A stretch of DNA of 64,000 bases from Candidatus Onthoplasma sp. (lineage in GTDB: Bacteria; Bacillota; Clostridia; Christensenellales; UBA1242): contig JBJETW010000009.1 in the NCBI GenBank assembly GCA_051883515.1, positions 421-64,420 of the forward strand. The letters are read 5' to 3'. Positions within the stretch are counted from its first letter, which is position 1, and each line of letters starts with the position of its first letter. The notes beneath the pieces were generated by a model. That model was given only the letters and a program-made list of their open reading frames with translations, did no database searches and had not been told where the DNA came from. Below, piece by piece: positions 45,844 through 56,765 of this stretch. The position numbers and the translations under genes are program-made.

Positions 45844-48420
45844 ATGCATAGACTGAGTGTAGAAAAAGCAATTGAGGCGGTCAAATCTTCGCGCCAAGGA
45901 TTAAAAGTTGACCAAGCTTTTGAAAGATTAAAACAAAATGGGAAAAATGAGATTGAAAAACAGAAAAAACAAGGATTTTTTAAAGTATTTTTCAAACAAT
46001 TTTTAAATATAATGGTTGGAATTTTGCTTGTTTCAGCAGTTATTTCAATCAGTTTAGCAATAATCAAAAAAGAATATTCAGACCTTTTTGAAGGGTTTGT
46101 TATTTTATTTATTGTTATTATGAATGCTTTGATTGGTGTTTTTCAAGAAAACAAAGCGCAAGCATGTCTAGACGACTTGCAAAAATATAATAAAACAACG
46201 GTTAAAGTTTTAAGGTCAAACGCAGTTTTAAATGTCGACAGCACAGAACTTGTTGTTGGTGATATAGTGTTTTTGAAAGCGGGGAATATTGTTAGCGCGG
46301 ATTTAAGGCTTGTTGAATCAAACAATTTAACCTGCGACGAAAGTTCATTAACTGGAGAAAGTGTGCCAGTTGAAAAAAATGCAGACCTAATATTTAGTGA
46401 AAAGACACCGCTAGCAGATAGAAAAAACATGTTATATTCAGGAAGCATGATAACCACAGGAACAGCGGTGGGTCTGGTTGTTGCCACTGGCAGAAACACT
46501 GAAATTGGGAAAATTGCAAATATAATTTTCAATTCAAAAAAAGAGCAAACTCCTCTTCAAAAATCGATTTCAAAAATTGGGAAAATCATAACTTGGACAG
46601 TCCTTGCCGTTTGTGCTGCAATTCTTGTTATTGAACTTATATCCGGACATGGCGTATTTAATGCAATCATGATATCAGTTGCATTGGCGGTTGCTGCAAT
46701 TCCAGAAAGTTTGCCGGCGGTAATCACAATTATCATGGCATTGGGCGTCCAACAACTGGCGAAAAGGAAATGTATAATCAAACATTTACATGCGGTTGAG
46801 ACGTTGGGCAGTTGCCAAATAATATGCACTGACAAAACAGGGACATTAACAATGAACAAAATGGGCGTTGTTCGTGCTATTGATGGGTCCGGAAATAATG
46901 CGAGCGATGAAATGCTAAAATGTATGTTTGTTTGCAATAAAACTAAATGTGAAAACGGGAAATTGATTGGTGAACCGACCGAAACGGCACTGTTTGAATA
47001 TGCAAATAAAAAATGCCAATTCAAATCAAAGTTAATTCACGAAATACCTTTCAACAGCGAAAGAAAAATGATGACGGTAATTGTCAGCGAAAATGGCATA
47101 AAAAGTTATTCAAAGGGAGCGCCAGAAAGGATAATAGACAGGTGCGACAAAGTTTTGATTGATGGCAAAATTCAGCCAATGACCACTGAATTAAAAAATA
47201 AAATTAAGCAACAAAACGATCAAATGAGCGATTCCGCTTTGCGCGTTATTGGATTTGCAGAAAAGACATACACTTCTTTTAACATAAATGAAGATATGGA
47301 AAAAGGAATGACATTTTTGGGTCTTGCGGGAATGATTGATGGTCTTCGTCCAGAAGTAAAAGGTTCGATAAAAAAATGTTTCGAAGCAGGATTAAAACCG
47401 ATTATGATAACTGGTGACCACAAACGTACTGCGCTTGCAATTGCAAAAGAATTGGGCATTGCAAAAACTGAAAAAGAAGTGATAACAGGTGAAGAAATTG
47501 ACAAAATGACAGAAAAACAATTTCAGGAAAATTGCAACCATTATAGTGTGTTTGCTCGTGTCAGCCCAGAACATAAAGTTAAAATTGTTAAAGCGCTTAA
47601 AGGACTTAACAAAATTGTTGCAATGACAGGAGATGGTGTTAATGATGCTCCAAGTTTAAAAATTGCAGATATAGGTGTAGGTATGGGTAAAAATGGCACA
47701 GATGTTGTAAAAAATGTTGCGGACATGCTTATAACTGATGACAATTTTTCTTCTATTGTGGTTGCGGTTGAAGAAGGAAGAAAGGTTTATTCAAACATTC
47801 AAAAAGCACTTCAATTTTTGATTTCAACAAATTGTGTTGAAGTTTTTGGAATGCTGATATCTCTTTTGTTTTTTCCAAAATATACATTCCTTCTGCCTGC
47901 GCAAATGTTATTTATAAATTTGGTGACTGACAGTCTTCCTGCGTTTGCTCTGGGTTTGGAAAAAGTTGAAACGGAGACGATGAAATCACCGCCAAGAAAT
48001 CCGAAAGCGGGATTATTTTCAGGGAACACTGGGCGTGGAATTATTTATCAAGCAATTCTTCAAACGGTGTTAGTCATTAGTGTTTTTGCAATCGGTATAT
48101 TTTGTTATTCACCAGAAGTTGCAAGTACAATGGTGTTTTTCACAATCATATTTATGCAAACTTTACATAGCATAAATTGCAAAACAAATGGAAGTTTATT
48201 TGACAAAAATTTGTTTGACAACAAAACATTCAATTTGTGTTTTATTTTGACCATGGCAATCAATTTGATTGTGGCTTGCATTCCACCATTGTATAAATTA
48301 TTTGGATTGGAAATTCTTAATTTTTCACAGTGGTTAACTGTAATAATTTTCTCAATTTCAATTTTGCCACTTTGTGAAATATGTAAATTATTATTTAATA
48401 AAAAAACAAAAAAATTTTAA
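45844..48420 (+). CDS. Cation-transporting P-type ATPase (P2, Ca2+-ATPase-like)
   Basis: CTDKTGTLTMN phosphorylation motif. TGES, MITGDH and TGDGVNDAPSLK motifs. The start is taken at MHRLSVEKAIEAV. Confidence 0.9.
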   Translation: MHRLSVEKAIEAVKSSRQGLKVDQAFERLKQNGKNEIEKQKKQGFFKVFFKQFLNIMVGILLVSAVISISLAIIKKEYSDLFEGFVILFIVIMNALIGVFQENKAQACLDDLQKYNKTTVKVLRSNAVLNVDSTELVVGDIVFLKAGNIVSADLRLVESNNLTCDESSLTGESVPVEKNADLIFSEKTPLADRKNMLYSGSMITTGTAVGLVVATGRNTEIGKIANIIFNSKKEQTPLQKSISKIGKIITWTVLAVCAAILVIELISGHGVFNAIMISVALAVAAIPESLPAVITIIMALGVQQLAKRKCIIKHLHAVETLGSCQIICTDKTGTLTMNKMGVVRAIDGSGNNASDEMLKCMFVCNKTKCENGKLIGEPTETALFEYANKKCQFKSKLIHEIPFNSERKMMTVIVSENGIKSYSKGAPERIIDRCDKVLIDGKIQPMTTELKNKIKQQNDQMSDSALRVIGFAEKTYTSFNINEDMEKGMTFLGLAGMIDGLRPEVKGSIKKCFEAGLKPIMITGDHKRTALAIAKELGIAKTEKEVITGEEIDKMTEKQFQENCNHYSVFARVSPEHKVKIVKALKGLNKIVAMTGDGVNDAPSLKIADIGVGMGKNGTDVVKNVADMLITDDNFSSIVVAVEEGRKVYSNIQKALQFLISTNCVEVFGMLISLLFFPKYTFLLPAQMLFINLVTDSLPAFALGLEKVETETMKSPPRNPKAGLFSGNTGRGIIYQAILQTVLVISVFAIGIFCYSPEVASTMVFFTIIFMQTLHSINCKTNGSLFDKNLFDNKTFNLCFILTMAINLIVACIPPLYKLFGLEILNFSQWLTVIIFSISILPLCEICKLLFNKKTKKF

Positions 48421-48610
48421 AAATAATTAACAAATAAAGAAAAAATAATAAAAAAATCAATAAAATGCCGAAATTTTAAGAATTTTTTGTAAATTTTTAA
48501 TTTAATAAAAGTTGTAAAAAATCAATTAAATTAATCATTTTAAAAACAAATTTAGAAAAAATCCTGAATAAAATTTTTGATGTAGACAATAATACAAACA
48601 AGGAGGGCAT

Positions 48611-49063
48611 ATGAGCGTTAACAACAAGAAAATTTTGTCCATAATTGTCTACTACACATTGGCTGGTTTAACATTGCTATTTTCAGGATTCTTTATATTC
48701 TGCTTAATCGCAAAAGACGTGGCACTTTGGGCAAAAATTGTATATTTTGTTTGGATAGGTTTTGTTATTGGAGAAATCATATTCGACATCATATGCACAA
48801 GTGCGGGGGAAGCGAAACAAATTTCAGGACTCATCGCATATGTGTTAAGTTTGTTGGCTGTTGCTATGGCGGTGGTTCTTTATATCATAAACGCCGGAAA
48901 AACAGGTCTTGCAACTGACTACTTTAACTTGTTCATTTCAATCTCATTGGTATCCCTTTTCACAACAGGTTTCATGATTGGTACATGGGTTGTTGGGGAA
49001 GGGTTGGTTGAACACACAAGCGCTGAAAAGAAAATTCAACAAAGAAAACCAAACAACACATAA
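48611..49063 (+). CDS. Hypothetical four-TM membrane protein (150 aa)
   Basis: AAGGAGGG SD and a terminator immediately downstream. Confidence 0.65.
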   Translation: MSVNNKKILSIIVYYTLAGLTLLFSGFFIFCLIAKDVALWAKIVYFVWIGFVIGEIIFDIICTSAGEAKQISGLIAYVLSLLAVAMAVVLYIINAGKTGLATDYFNLFISISLVSLFTTGFMIGTWVVGEGLVEHTSAEKKIQQRKPNNT

Positions 49064-49065
49064 AG

Positions 49066-49097
49066 TAAAAAATTTCCCCCAAACGGGGATTTTTTTA
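49066..49097 (+). terminator. Rho-independent terminator
   Basis: tcccc-caaac-gggga hairpin plus T7. Confidence 0.7.
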
Positions 49098-49350
49098 TGC
49101 GTCAAATTTTTATGTTTAAGAAGCAAATAATATGTTATACATATTAATTTAACCAAAAACCATCAAAAAGTTTACAAATTATCCGAAAATCGTTTGTTTT
49201 AGACAAAACTTTTTGATATTATAATACTAACAGCAAAGTACGCTCATTGATAAAATTCTCTATCAAGTAGATTATATATGTAGAAAAGCAAAGCATTTTA
49301 TTAATATCAAATTTCTCAAATATATAAAAGAATTTGTCTAGGGGTAAAAA

Positions 49351-51948
49351 ATGACAAAGAATTCAACAATCAAGAGAATATTAATTATGGTGACGACAAT
49401 TCTTTCAATCACCATGTTTTCTTTGCTTGCAGTTGTTGCAGTGAGTTCAACAGTGCTAGACTCTCATCGAGAAAATAACATTTCTCGCGCCGCAACCACC
49501 ACCTACGACTTTGCAAACGGAGCACTTACATCTACGTCCACCAACTACACAAGCAACACAAATTTTACTATAAGCGGTGTGGCTGGATTAAAAAATTTTG
49601 CTTTTTCAGTATCTAATGGATGTTCATTTGAAGGCAAGACTGTGAGTCTTTCAAACGATATTGATTGCACTGGTGAAAATATACCTGTAATTGGAGCATG
49701 TAAAGAGAATGAAACTTATTATGAAAGGTATAAGGTCACTAATGGTCCTTATGGTTGGTTTAACGGAACATTTAATGGACAAAATTATTCATTATCAAAC
49801 ATTACTTCTAAAATTTGGTGTGCTAATATTTTAGCGGTAGCGCCTTTGGGATTTTTTAGTGAAGTATGTGACGGAATCGTAAAAAATTTGAGATTCTATA
49901 AATACACTTTAGATTATGATGGTAATATACAGGATGCAGATTATGTCGCTCCATTAATTGGGAAAGTACGTGGCGATATCATAATAGATAATATTTGGAT
50001 AGATGGTTTTACATTTCAAGGGAAAGGTGTTGATTCAATTTCAAGTTTAATATGCGATTCATATGTTGAGTACGATAAACCTAATTTATTGTTATCAATA
50101 AGTAATGTTTTAATCAATGATATAACAATATCAACGGGATATGATCGGTACTATATCATAGGGCCATCTTCAATTGGATCAGAAGACGCTGATTTAAAGT
50201 GGACAGCAGAAGCGAAGTTTTCAAATTGTGTTATTTTAGCTGACGGAGAAATTTCAGTTTTAACTGATTCAGGGAATGATAGTATATCTTATTCAGCAAT
50301 TAATATTTTTCAAAATTCTTATGATTTAAGTAAACTTGGAGAAGAATATTGGTGGCAAAATGATAATTATAATAACGGCAGACCATGTTTGAAAAAATTT
50401 ATTGAATTTAACACGATATATTTTAAAGTAAACGATTCGAATCTTGGCAGTGTTTCTATTTCACAAATTGAATTGCCAAAATATAGTGATATGAGCAAAT
50501 CAGAAAATCTTTCTATTTCTGCAAATAATTCCAATGGATGTGTCTATGCATTTACTTCTACAAATGTCATAGCAAAAGCGATATCCAAATCTGGCGGAGA
50601 ATTTAAAGAATGGACATATAATGCGAACACAAACACTTACACCGCGACATTTACAAGAAAACCGGTCAATGTTGTATTTAACCCAGTGCAGGTGACAGAG
50701 TCAGGAAATAATGCTCCGGGAATTTCAAATCCTTCATCGATACCTTTGGTCATTCAAATTCAATATGGCACAACTCTTTCAATTGAATATAGTCCGAATC
50801 TTAAGGAAATATCATTTAGATATTTAACAGGTGGTGTTGGATCATCAGAAACCTACACTATATATGGATATGGTTGGTATTTTTCTGGTTTAGGATACAG
50901 TGGAACTGAATCAAATGTTAAAAATCTTACTTCAGGTTCAACAACTTTAACACTAACAACAGACATAAGTTTTGAACCAACATATTCATACAAACTTTAT
51001 GAAGTGACATTCCAAACATCTGGCTTTGCAAACAGCAATTATGTTAAACCTAAGTCTAGCAATAGTGCATACACCTTTAATCTTGAATATGGCACAACAA
51101 TTAAGCAAACAATCACAGGAGATGTACAAGCTAATTTGGAATTTAACGATGGCACAGAAGATAGAACGATAACTTATACAATCACAGATGGACAATATTA
51201 TATTTCAGGAGTAAATTATTCTGTAGGTTCAGCAAGTGGAGATAAATATACAGTAAAAAGCGATGTGACGATATCTCCGAATGTAAACAAAAGAACGACC
51301 ACAATGCCACAAATAACTTTTAAAGTTTTGCCAAACTCTACATTAAAAAATGTAAATACTGGTCAAAATATATCGTCAGATTACTCATATTCGTTTATAT
51401 CAGGTTCAACATTAAGATATAATAACAACACGTCAAACAAAAAAATAACATTAAAGTTCATTAATTCAGGTGTGGTTTATGCGACATTTGAATATGATTT
51501 AAGTGGAAGTTTGTCTAATCCAAAATTCACATTAGGTTCAACCGAATACGCTGTTCAAAATACTGATACTGATATTGTTATTACGACTTCGGCGACATTA
51601 ACACCAAAGTACACGTATGAAGTGACGATTAAGAAGAATACGTTGGTTGGAATGACTGCCGATGAAAAAATCGGAATTGACTATGGCTCAGCAGTGACAA
51701 TAACATTCAGCACAACTGATATTGATTCAAAAAGTTATGATGTTGTGACAATAACTTATTATAACAACGGGCAAGCAAACACAAAGACTTACACGATAAA
51801 TAACAATGTGTATTTCATCAAAACAGTGACAGTTGATGGCACAATTTGCAAGAGAGAGAACAAGAAAACCACAATAAATTTTGGTGCAAAAAATTTATCA
51901 ATTTACATAACAACAGCACAAAAAACCTATAATGCTGTGTTTAATTAA
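49351..51948 (+). CDS. Secreted or membrane-anchored surface protein (865 aa) with an adhesin-like head and beta-rich repeats
   Basis: N-terminal TM/signal anchor ILIMVTTILSITMFSLLAVVAVSS. T/S/N-rich. The FNGTFNGQNYSLSNI segment resembles the module heads of the giant protein. AGGGG SD. Confidence 0.75.
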   Translation: MTKNSTIKRILIMVTTILSITMFSLLAVVAVSSTVLDSHRENNISRAATTTYDFANGALTSTSTNYTSNTNFTISGVAGLKNFAFSVSNGCSFEGKTVSLSNDIDCTGENIPVIGACKENETYYERYKVTNGPYGWFNGTFNGQNYSLSNITSKIWCANILAVAPLGFFSEVCDGIVKNLRFYKYTLDYDGNIQDADYVAPLIGKVRGDIIIDNIWIDGFTFQGKGVDSISSLICDSYVEYDKPNLLLSISNVLINDITISTGYDRYYIIGPSSIGSEDADLKWTAEAKFSNCVILADGEISVLTDSGNDSISYSAINIFQNSYDLSKLGEEYWWQNDNYNNGRPCLKKFIEFNTIYFKVNDSNLGSVSISQIELPKYSDMSKSENLSISANNSNGCVYAFTSTNVIAKAISKSGGEFKEWTYNANTNTYTATFTRKPVNVVFNPVQVTESGNNAPGISNPSSIPLVIQIQYGTTLSIEYSPNLKEISFRYLTGGVGSSETYTIYGYGWYFSGLGYSGTESNVKNLTSGSTTLTLTTDISFEPTYSYKLYEVTFQTSGFANSNYVKPKSSNSAYTFNLEYGTTIKQTITGDVQANLEFNDGTEDRTITYTITDGQYYISGVNYSVGSASGDKYTVKSDVTISPNVNKRTTTMPQITFKVLPNSTLKNVNTGQNISSDYSYSFISGSTLRYNNNTSNKKITLKFINSGVVYATFEYDLSGSLSNPKFTLGSTEYAVQNTDTDIVITTSATLTPKYTYEVTIKKNTLVGMTADEKIGIDYGSAVTITFSTTDIDSKSYDVVTITYYNNGQANTKTYTINNNVYFIKTVTVDGTICKRENKKTTINFGAKNLSIYITTAQKTYNAVFN

Positions 51949-52147
51949 AGGTTAAAATCGGTTGGGAAGATTAAACTTCTTTGTTGAAAAAAATTTGCGG
52001 TTGTGAATAAATTTGGCACTCAATTCAATTTAAATATGTAAAATTTTGAATTCAGTCGAAAAAAAGAGCATTATCATTTGATATTGTTCTTTTTTGTTGT
52101 TTCAAAAGCGGATTAAATAATTTTGCTATGGGAAAATCTTGAAATTT

Positions 52148-52876
52148 TTATAGTGAATAACCGCCGTCAATTGTGATAATTTGTCCGGTTATGAAATTGG
52201 CGTCTTCGCTTGAAAGAAATTTAACCAAGCTTGCAACATCTTCAGGTTTTCCGATTCTTGAAATAGGAGTGTTTTTTACGATTTCTTCAATTGTGGATTT
52301 GTCTAAATTTTTGTTCATTTTTGTGTCAATGAGTCCGGGGCAAATTGCATTAACTGTGATGTTTGATGGCCCAAGTTCTTTTGCTAGCGACAAAGTCAAA
52401 TTGTTGATTGCTCCTTTTGTTAGGGAATATAAACTTTCCATGCTTGCGCCCACATTTCCCCACATTGAAGAAATGTTGATGATTTTTCCATTTTGTTCGT
52501 GAATCATGTGTTTTGATACGATGGCGGAGGTTAAGACATATGATTTCAAATTGTTGTCAATAACCTTGTAAAAGTCTTTTTCAGTTGTGTCTTGAATTTG
52601 TTGAAAATGAGAAATTCCGCAAGCATTAATCAAAACATCAATCTTTTTTTGTGTTTTTATTGCATTGTCAACCATATTTTTTATTTCTTTTTCTTTTGTT
52701 AAATCACATTGAAAAATTTGAACTGGGCAGATTTTTTCCAATTCTTGTTTAAGTTTTTTTATATTTCTTTCACTTTTGTTATATATTAAAATTAAATTTG
52801 TTTCAGAATTGGCAAGTTTTTTTGCAATTGCAGAACCGATTCCGCCACTTGCGCCAGTAATTAATATTGTTTTCAT
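52148..52876 (-). CDS. SDR-family oxidoreductase (3-oxoacyl-ACP reductase FabG-like)
   Basis: TGASGGIGSAIA, NACG and Y..xK (YSLTK) motifs. 242 aa. Confidence 0.85.
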   Translation of the reverse strand: MKTILITGASGGIGSAIAKKLANSETNLILIYNKSERNIKKLKQELEKICPVQIFQCDLTKEKEIKNMVDNAIKTQKKIDVLINACGISHFQQIQDTTEKDFYKVIDNNLKSYVLTSAIVSKHMIHEQNGKIINISSMWGNVGASMESLYSLTKGAINNLTLSLAKELGPSNITVNAICPGLIDTKMNKNLDKSTIEEIVKNTPISRIGKPEDVASLVKFLSSEDANFITGQIITIDGGYSL

Positions 52877-53004
52877 GTTTTTATTATAATTGACATAAAA
52901 TTTTTTTGCAAGTTTTTATGTTTGATACTTAAATTTTTTATTGAGTATGTTCGAGAATTTTAAATATTTTATATTTAATGGAGCGTTGTTGTTTTAAAAT
53001 TGCA

Positions 53005-53033
53005 TTGACTTTGTTTGTGTTTTGATTTATAAT
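53005..53033 (+). promoter_or_regulatory. Promoter placed for a leaderless transcript of the 53040 CDS
   Basis: TTGACT (53005-53010), 17 nt, TATAAT (53028-53033), 6 nt, ATG 53040. The listed TTG start at 53022 lies inside the promoter. Confidence 0.6.
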
Positions 53034-53039
53034 ATTAGC

Positions 53040-53897
53040 ATGAAAAAAGCAATCAAGTGGATATTAATTATTATTTTGGTGGCTGGTGCAGTTGCAGGAA
53101 CAGCATTCTTATTTTTTAAGAACATCAAAAAATGGACAACAAAAACTGCGTCAATTGAAAATTTTGTTTACGCGGAAAGCAAAGAAAATTTTGACACAAA
53201 TTTAGAAGATTTTTCTTCTGCATTGGAAACGGACGTGTCTGACAGTCGCTTTGAGCGTCTTGTTTCAACGAACGAAAAATTGAACGAAATGATGGAAACT
53301 CTTGGAGAATATTTTATCGTTTCTGATGGAAAAATTTCAAGCAACGAAATTGCTGGTCAAATTTCAAATGTGGAAAGTGCTCGCGCTTACGCTCAAAGCA
53401 CAATTAGTCAATTCAACACAAAAAAGCAAGAAAAGGGTGACCTTTTCCCACAAAAATTGGGAGCAAATGACGTTTATGTCGCTGTGTCGAGATATTTAGC
53501 TCAATACGCATTGTTAATAAAGCAAGTTGATTTTAAAATTGCTGATTTTGGAGTGGACACTAAAATTGATGCGAAATTTGCTGTTATTGAAGTTTATGCA
53601 AATGTAGTTATAAATTCATTTTCTAGTTTCAAAGAAACGCAATACACTGAAATTTTAAATAGCGAAACAATTGATGCTTTGACGTTGGTTAAAATTGAAA
53701 ATGGAAATTTTGTCACAAGCGGTGGTGAAATGTTCACGACAGATTGCATAAGTTTTGTGGAGTTTTATTCAAAGTGTGACAAGCAAGAATTTGCAAAATC
53801 ATTCTTAACACTCAAAACAACTTGTTCTAATCTTTCTGATTGTGACACGGATTTAAAAAAAGCTGTGCATTATTTTGTTTTGATTTGTGGGGTGTAG
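53040..53897 (+). CDS. Hypothetical N-terminally membrane-anchored protein (285 aa)
   Basis: MKKAIKWILIIILVAGAVAGTAFLFF anchor followed by a helical ectodomain. Confidence 0.7.
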   Translation: MKKAIKWILIIILVAGAVAGTAFLFFKNIKKWTTKTASIENFVYAESKENFDTNLEDFSSALETDVSDSRFERLVSTNEKLNEMMETLGEYFIVSDGKISSNEIAGQISNVESARAYAQSTISQFNTKKQEKGDLFPQKLGANDVYVAVSRYLAQYALLIKQVDFKIADFGVDTKIDAKFAVIEVYANVVINSFSSFKETQYTEILNSETIDALTLVKIENGNFVTSGGEMFTTDCISFVEFYSKCDKQEFAKSFLTLKTTCSNLSDCDTDLKKAVHYFVLICGV

Positions 53898-53898
53898 C

Positions 53899-54936
53899 AT
53901 GAAAAAATTTATTTCAAGTTTAGTTTTGTTGATTCTCATATTTTCTGGAATGGGGGTTATGCAAGCGTGCAAAAAAGAGCAACATTATAGCATGGCAAAT
54001 TTTCAAACCGATTTTGAAAAATTGGCAGAAGACAGAATGAATGTTGACATTGAAGACGGAAAGTTGACAATCAACTATTCAAACAGTATCGGTTCAGGAC
54101 AAACGTTGCAAAATCTTGTTGACTCAGCAACAGGAAAGTATAAAAATTTGAAATCTTATCAATATGTTTTGGACAACTCTTTGAGTTTTGTTTATGAGCA
54201 CATTGAATTGGCTTCAACAGATTCAGTGACAGACGATGGCACGAAAAAAGACAAAATAAAATCAGACATTAATGAAATTGCGTCTGTGCTTAACTCTTTG
54301 ACTGAAAATGTTGGCATGTTGTCTGATATGATATCTCTTGATAGCGAAGAATCATTGACAAGTGCTAGATACAACGCGTTGTTGAACAGTTTTTCTAGAC
54401 TTTGTGTTGCTACCACAAATCTTTCAATGGATTTGTCTAATATCTTGTTAATCAATCCAAATCCATATGCAAAATCAACTCTTGATGTTGATCTTCTTGT
54501 CGGAAATTTAAATTCAAGAATTAGTTATCAAAAATCTATATTAACTCAAAATTATATTGAGATGTATTTAAACGATGCGGAACTATCAAAGTCTGTTGCA
54601 AATGGAGAAAAATCTGTTGATTTGACAAAATATGATTATAAATCAAATTTAGAAGCGATAAATTATCATGTTGATGTGCAAAATGGGATTATAAAGGCAA
54701 ATTCAAGCACGGATTTTGAAAGCAAAATCAAGTCCGCGTATGCAATGCAAGTTGCTCTTGTTAATGACTTGAACAAATATTTAAATGCTTGTAATTCCAT
54801 AAATTATTCAAACGTAAAGTCGAGTGAGCAAAATTCAAATAGAGAAGAACAATGCTTGACAATAATTGAAAATCAACAAGCGTTGTTAAGTGAATACAAT
54901 GCAATTTTGGTGGATATTTTGGGCATTGTAATGTAA
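53899..54936 (+). CDS. Hypothetical lipoprotein (345 aa)
   Basis: MKKFISSLVLLILIFSGMGVMQAC signal with a lipobox-like Cys. GGGGTG SD. The start lies 1 nt after the upstream stop. Confidence 0.7.
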   Translation: MKKFISSLVLLILIFSGMGVMQACKKEQHYSMANFQTDFEKLAEDRMNVDIEDGKLTINYSNSIGSGQTLQNLVDSATGKYKNLKSYQYVLDNSLSFVYEHIELASTDSVTDDGTKKDKIKSDINEIASVLNSLTENVGMLSDMISLDSEESLTSARYNALLNSFSRLCVATTNLSMDLSNILLINPNPYAKSTLDVDLLVGNLNSRISYQKSILTQNYIEMYLNDAELSKSVANGEKSVDLTKYDYKSNLEAINYHVDVQNGIIKANSSTDFESKIKSAYAMQVALVNDLNKYLNACNSINYSNVKSSEQNSNREEQCLTIIENQQALLSEYNAILVDILGIVM

Positions 54937-54953
54937 AAGGGGAAAAATTTTTT

Positions 54954-56615
54954 ATGACACAACAAGAATTAACTGAATTGGCAGATTTGTTGTATCCAAA
55001 TGTGGTGGATACAACTTTCTATTTTAATAAATATAAACCACGAAATGTAAATGGTGAAGTGACAAGACTTGCGCCAAGTCCAACAGGATATCTTCACATC
55101 GGACAACTTTATCAAGCGTTAATTCACAAAATGCTTGCAAAAATCACAAACGGCATTTTTTACTTGCGTCTTGAAGATACCGATGCAAAAAGAGAAGTGG
55201 AGAATGCGGGGCAAATCGCGTATGATATGCTTGTTAGATTTGGCTTAAAACCAGATGAAGGATATTGCGGAGAAGCGAAAGAAATTGGAGAATATGGTCC
55301 ATATGTCCAATCAAAAAGAACAGAAATTTACAACTCTTTTGCACACGAACTTGTAAAAAACGGAATGGCATTTCCATGCTTTTGTGAAGTGTCTAATGGG
55401 AAAGAAGACATTTTGAAAAAACGAGAAGAAGAACTTGAAGAAAGTTCAGATTTGGAAGTAAAAGACGCGTGCAGAGATTTAAGTTTTGAAGAAATCAAAG
55501 AGAAACTGAAAGAAGGGAAAAAATTCGCATTGAGATTGCGTTCAAATGGCGATTTTTCAAAAACACATTTGGTTGAAGATTTGATAAAAGGGAAAAAGGA
55601 AGTTAGAGAAAATGCAAAAGATGACGTGTTGATTAAATCTAATGGAATCCCTGTTTATTCGTTTGCTCACATTGTTGACGACACGTTGATGGGAACAACA
55701 ACTGTAATAAGGGGGCAGGAGTGGTACCAATCTTTGCCAGTACATTTGCAACTGAGTGAAGCGTTTAACCTAAAACCATTTAAGTATGCACATACGCCAA
55801 GCATATGCGTGAATGACGAAAATGGAAACAAACGAAAAATAAGCAAAAGAAAAGATAAATTTGCAGATGTCAGATTTTTCTTAAAAACTGGATATCCAAC
55901 TAACGCAGTGATTGAATATTTGTTGAATTTGATTAACAGCGATTTTGAGATATGGAGAAAAAACAATCCAAATCTAAGTTATTTTGATTTTCCGTTTGAC
56001 ATCAAAAAAATTGGGGTCACAAATCCACTTTTTGACTTTGCAAAATTGAATGATATTTCAAAAACAATAATTTCACGCATGAGTGCAGAAGAAGTTTTTG
56101 AAAATGCGTTAAACTGGGCAAAAGAATGGGACACAAACTCTGAAAGCATTTTTAACACAAACAAAAACAATCTTATTAAAATGTTCTCAATTGGACGCGG
56201 TGGAGACAGACCAAGAAAAGATATAACATTTTATTCTGAAATATTGAGTCTTTATGATTATATTTTACCTAATTTTAATTCTACTTTTGAACGAGTTGAT
56301 TTGGGGAATGTGGAGAAAAACAATTTGTTAGCATTCTTAAATGATTATATGACAACATATCATGAGATGGAAGATAATTCAATTTGGTTTAATGAATTGA
56401 AAGAAAAAGCCAGCAAATATGGTTTTGTGGACAATAAAACTTATAAAGCAAATCCAGAAAGCTATGCGGGGAGCATAAGCGATGTTGCGAAGTTTGTGCG
56501 TTTGGCAATAACAGGCAGGGAAGATAGTCCAGATTTATATTCAATAATGAAAATTTTGGGCGAAGAAGAATGTAAATTGAGACTCAAAAAATTCCTTAAC
56601 GCAATAAACAATTAA
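54954..56615 (+). CDS. gltX: Glutamate--tRNA ligase family (class I GlxRS)
   Basis: RLAPSPTGYLHIGQ (HIGH region), LRLEDTD, GPYVQSKR and KISKRK (KMSKS). 553 aa, longer than typical. Confidence 0.85.
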   Translation: MTQQELTELADLLYPNVVDTTFYFNKYKPRNVNGEVTRLAPSPTGYLHIGQLYQALIHKMLAKITNGIFYLRLEDTDAKREVENAGQIAYDMLVRFGLKPDEGYCGEAKEIGEYGPYVQSKRTEIYNSFAHELVKNGMAFPCFCEVSNGKEDILKKREEELEESSDLEVKDACRDLSFEEIKEKLKEGKKFALRLRSNGDFSKTHLVEDLIKGKKEVRENAKDDVLIKSNGIPVYSFAHIVDDTLMGTTTVIRGQEWYQSLPVHLQLSEAFNLKPFKYAHTPSICVNDENGNKRKISKRKDKFADVRFFLKTGYPTNAVIEYLLNLINSDFEIWRKNNPNLSYFDFPFDIKKIGVTNPLFDFAKLNDISKTIISRMSAEEVFENALNWAKEWDTNSESIFNTNKNNLIKMFSIGRGGDRPRKDITFYSEILSLYDYILPNFNSTFERVDLGNVEKNNLLAFLNDYMTTYHEMEDNSIWFNELKEKASKYGFVDNKTYKANPESYAGSISDVAKFVRLAITGREDSPDLYSIMKILGEEECKLRLKKFLNAINN

Positions 56616-56765
56616 ATTGAAATAAATTATAAAAAAATTAAAAATATTAAATTTTATTAATTTTCATTTAAAAAATTGGAATTTCTTGTGAGAAAAAACA
56701 AAATTTTTGTTGGACATAATCAACATAATTTGATAATATATAACTGATTTATAAAAGGATATAAT

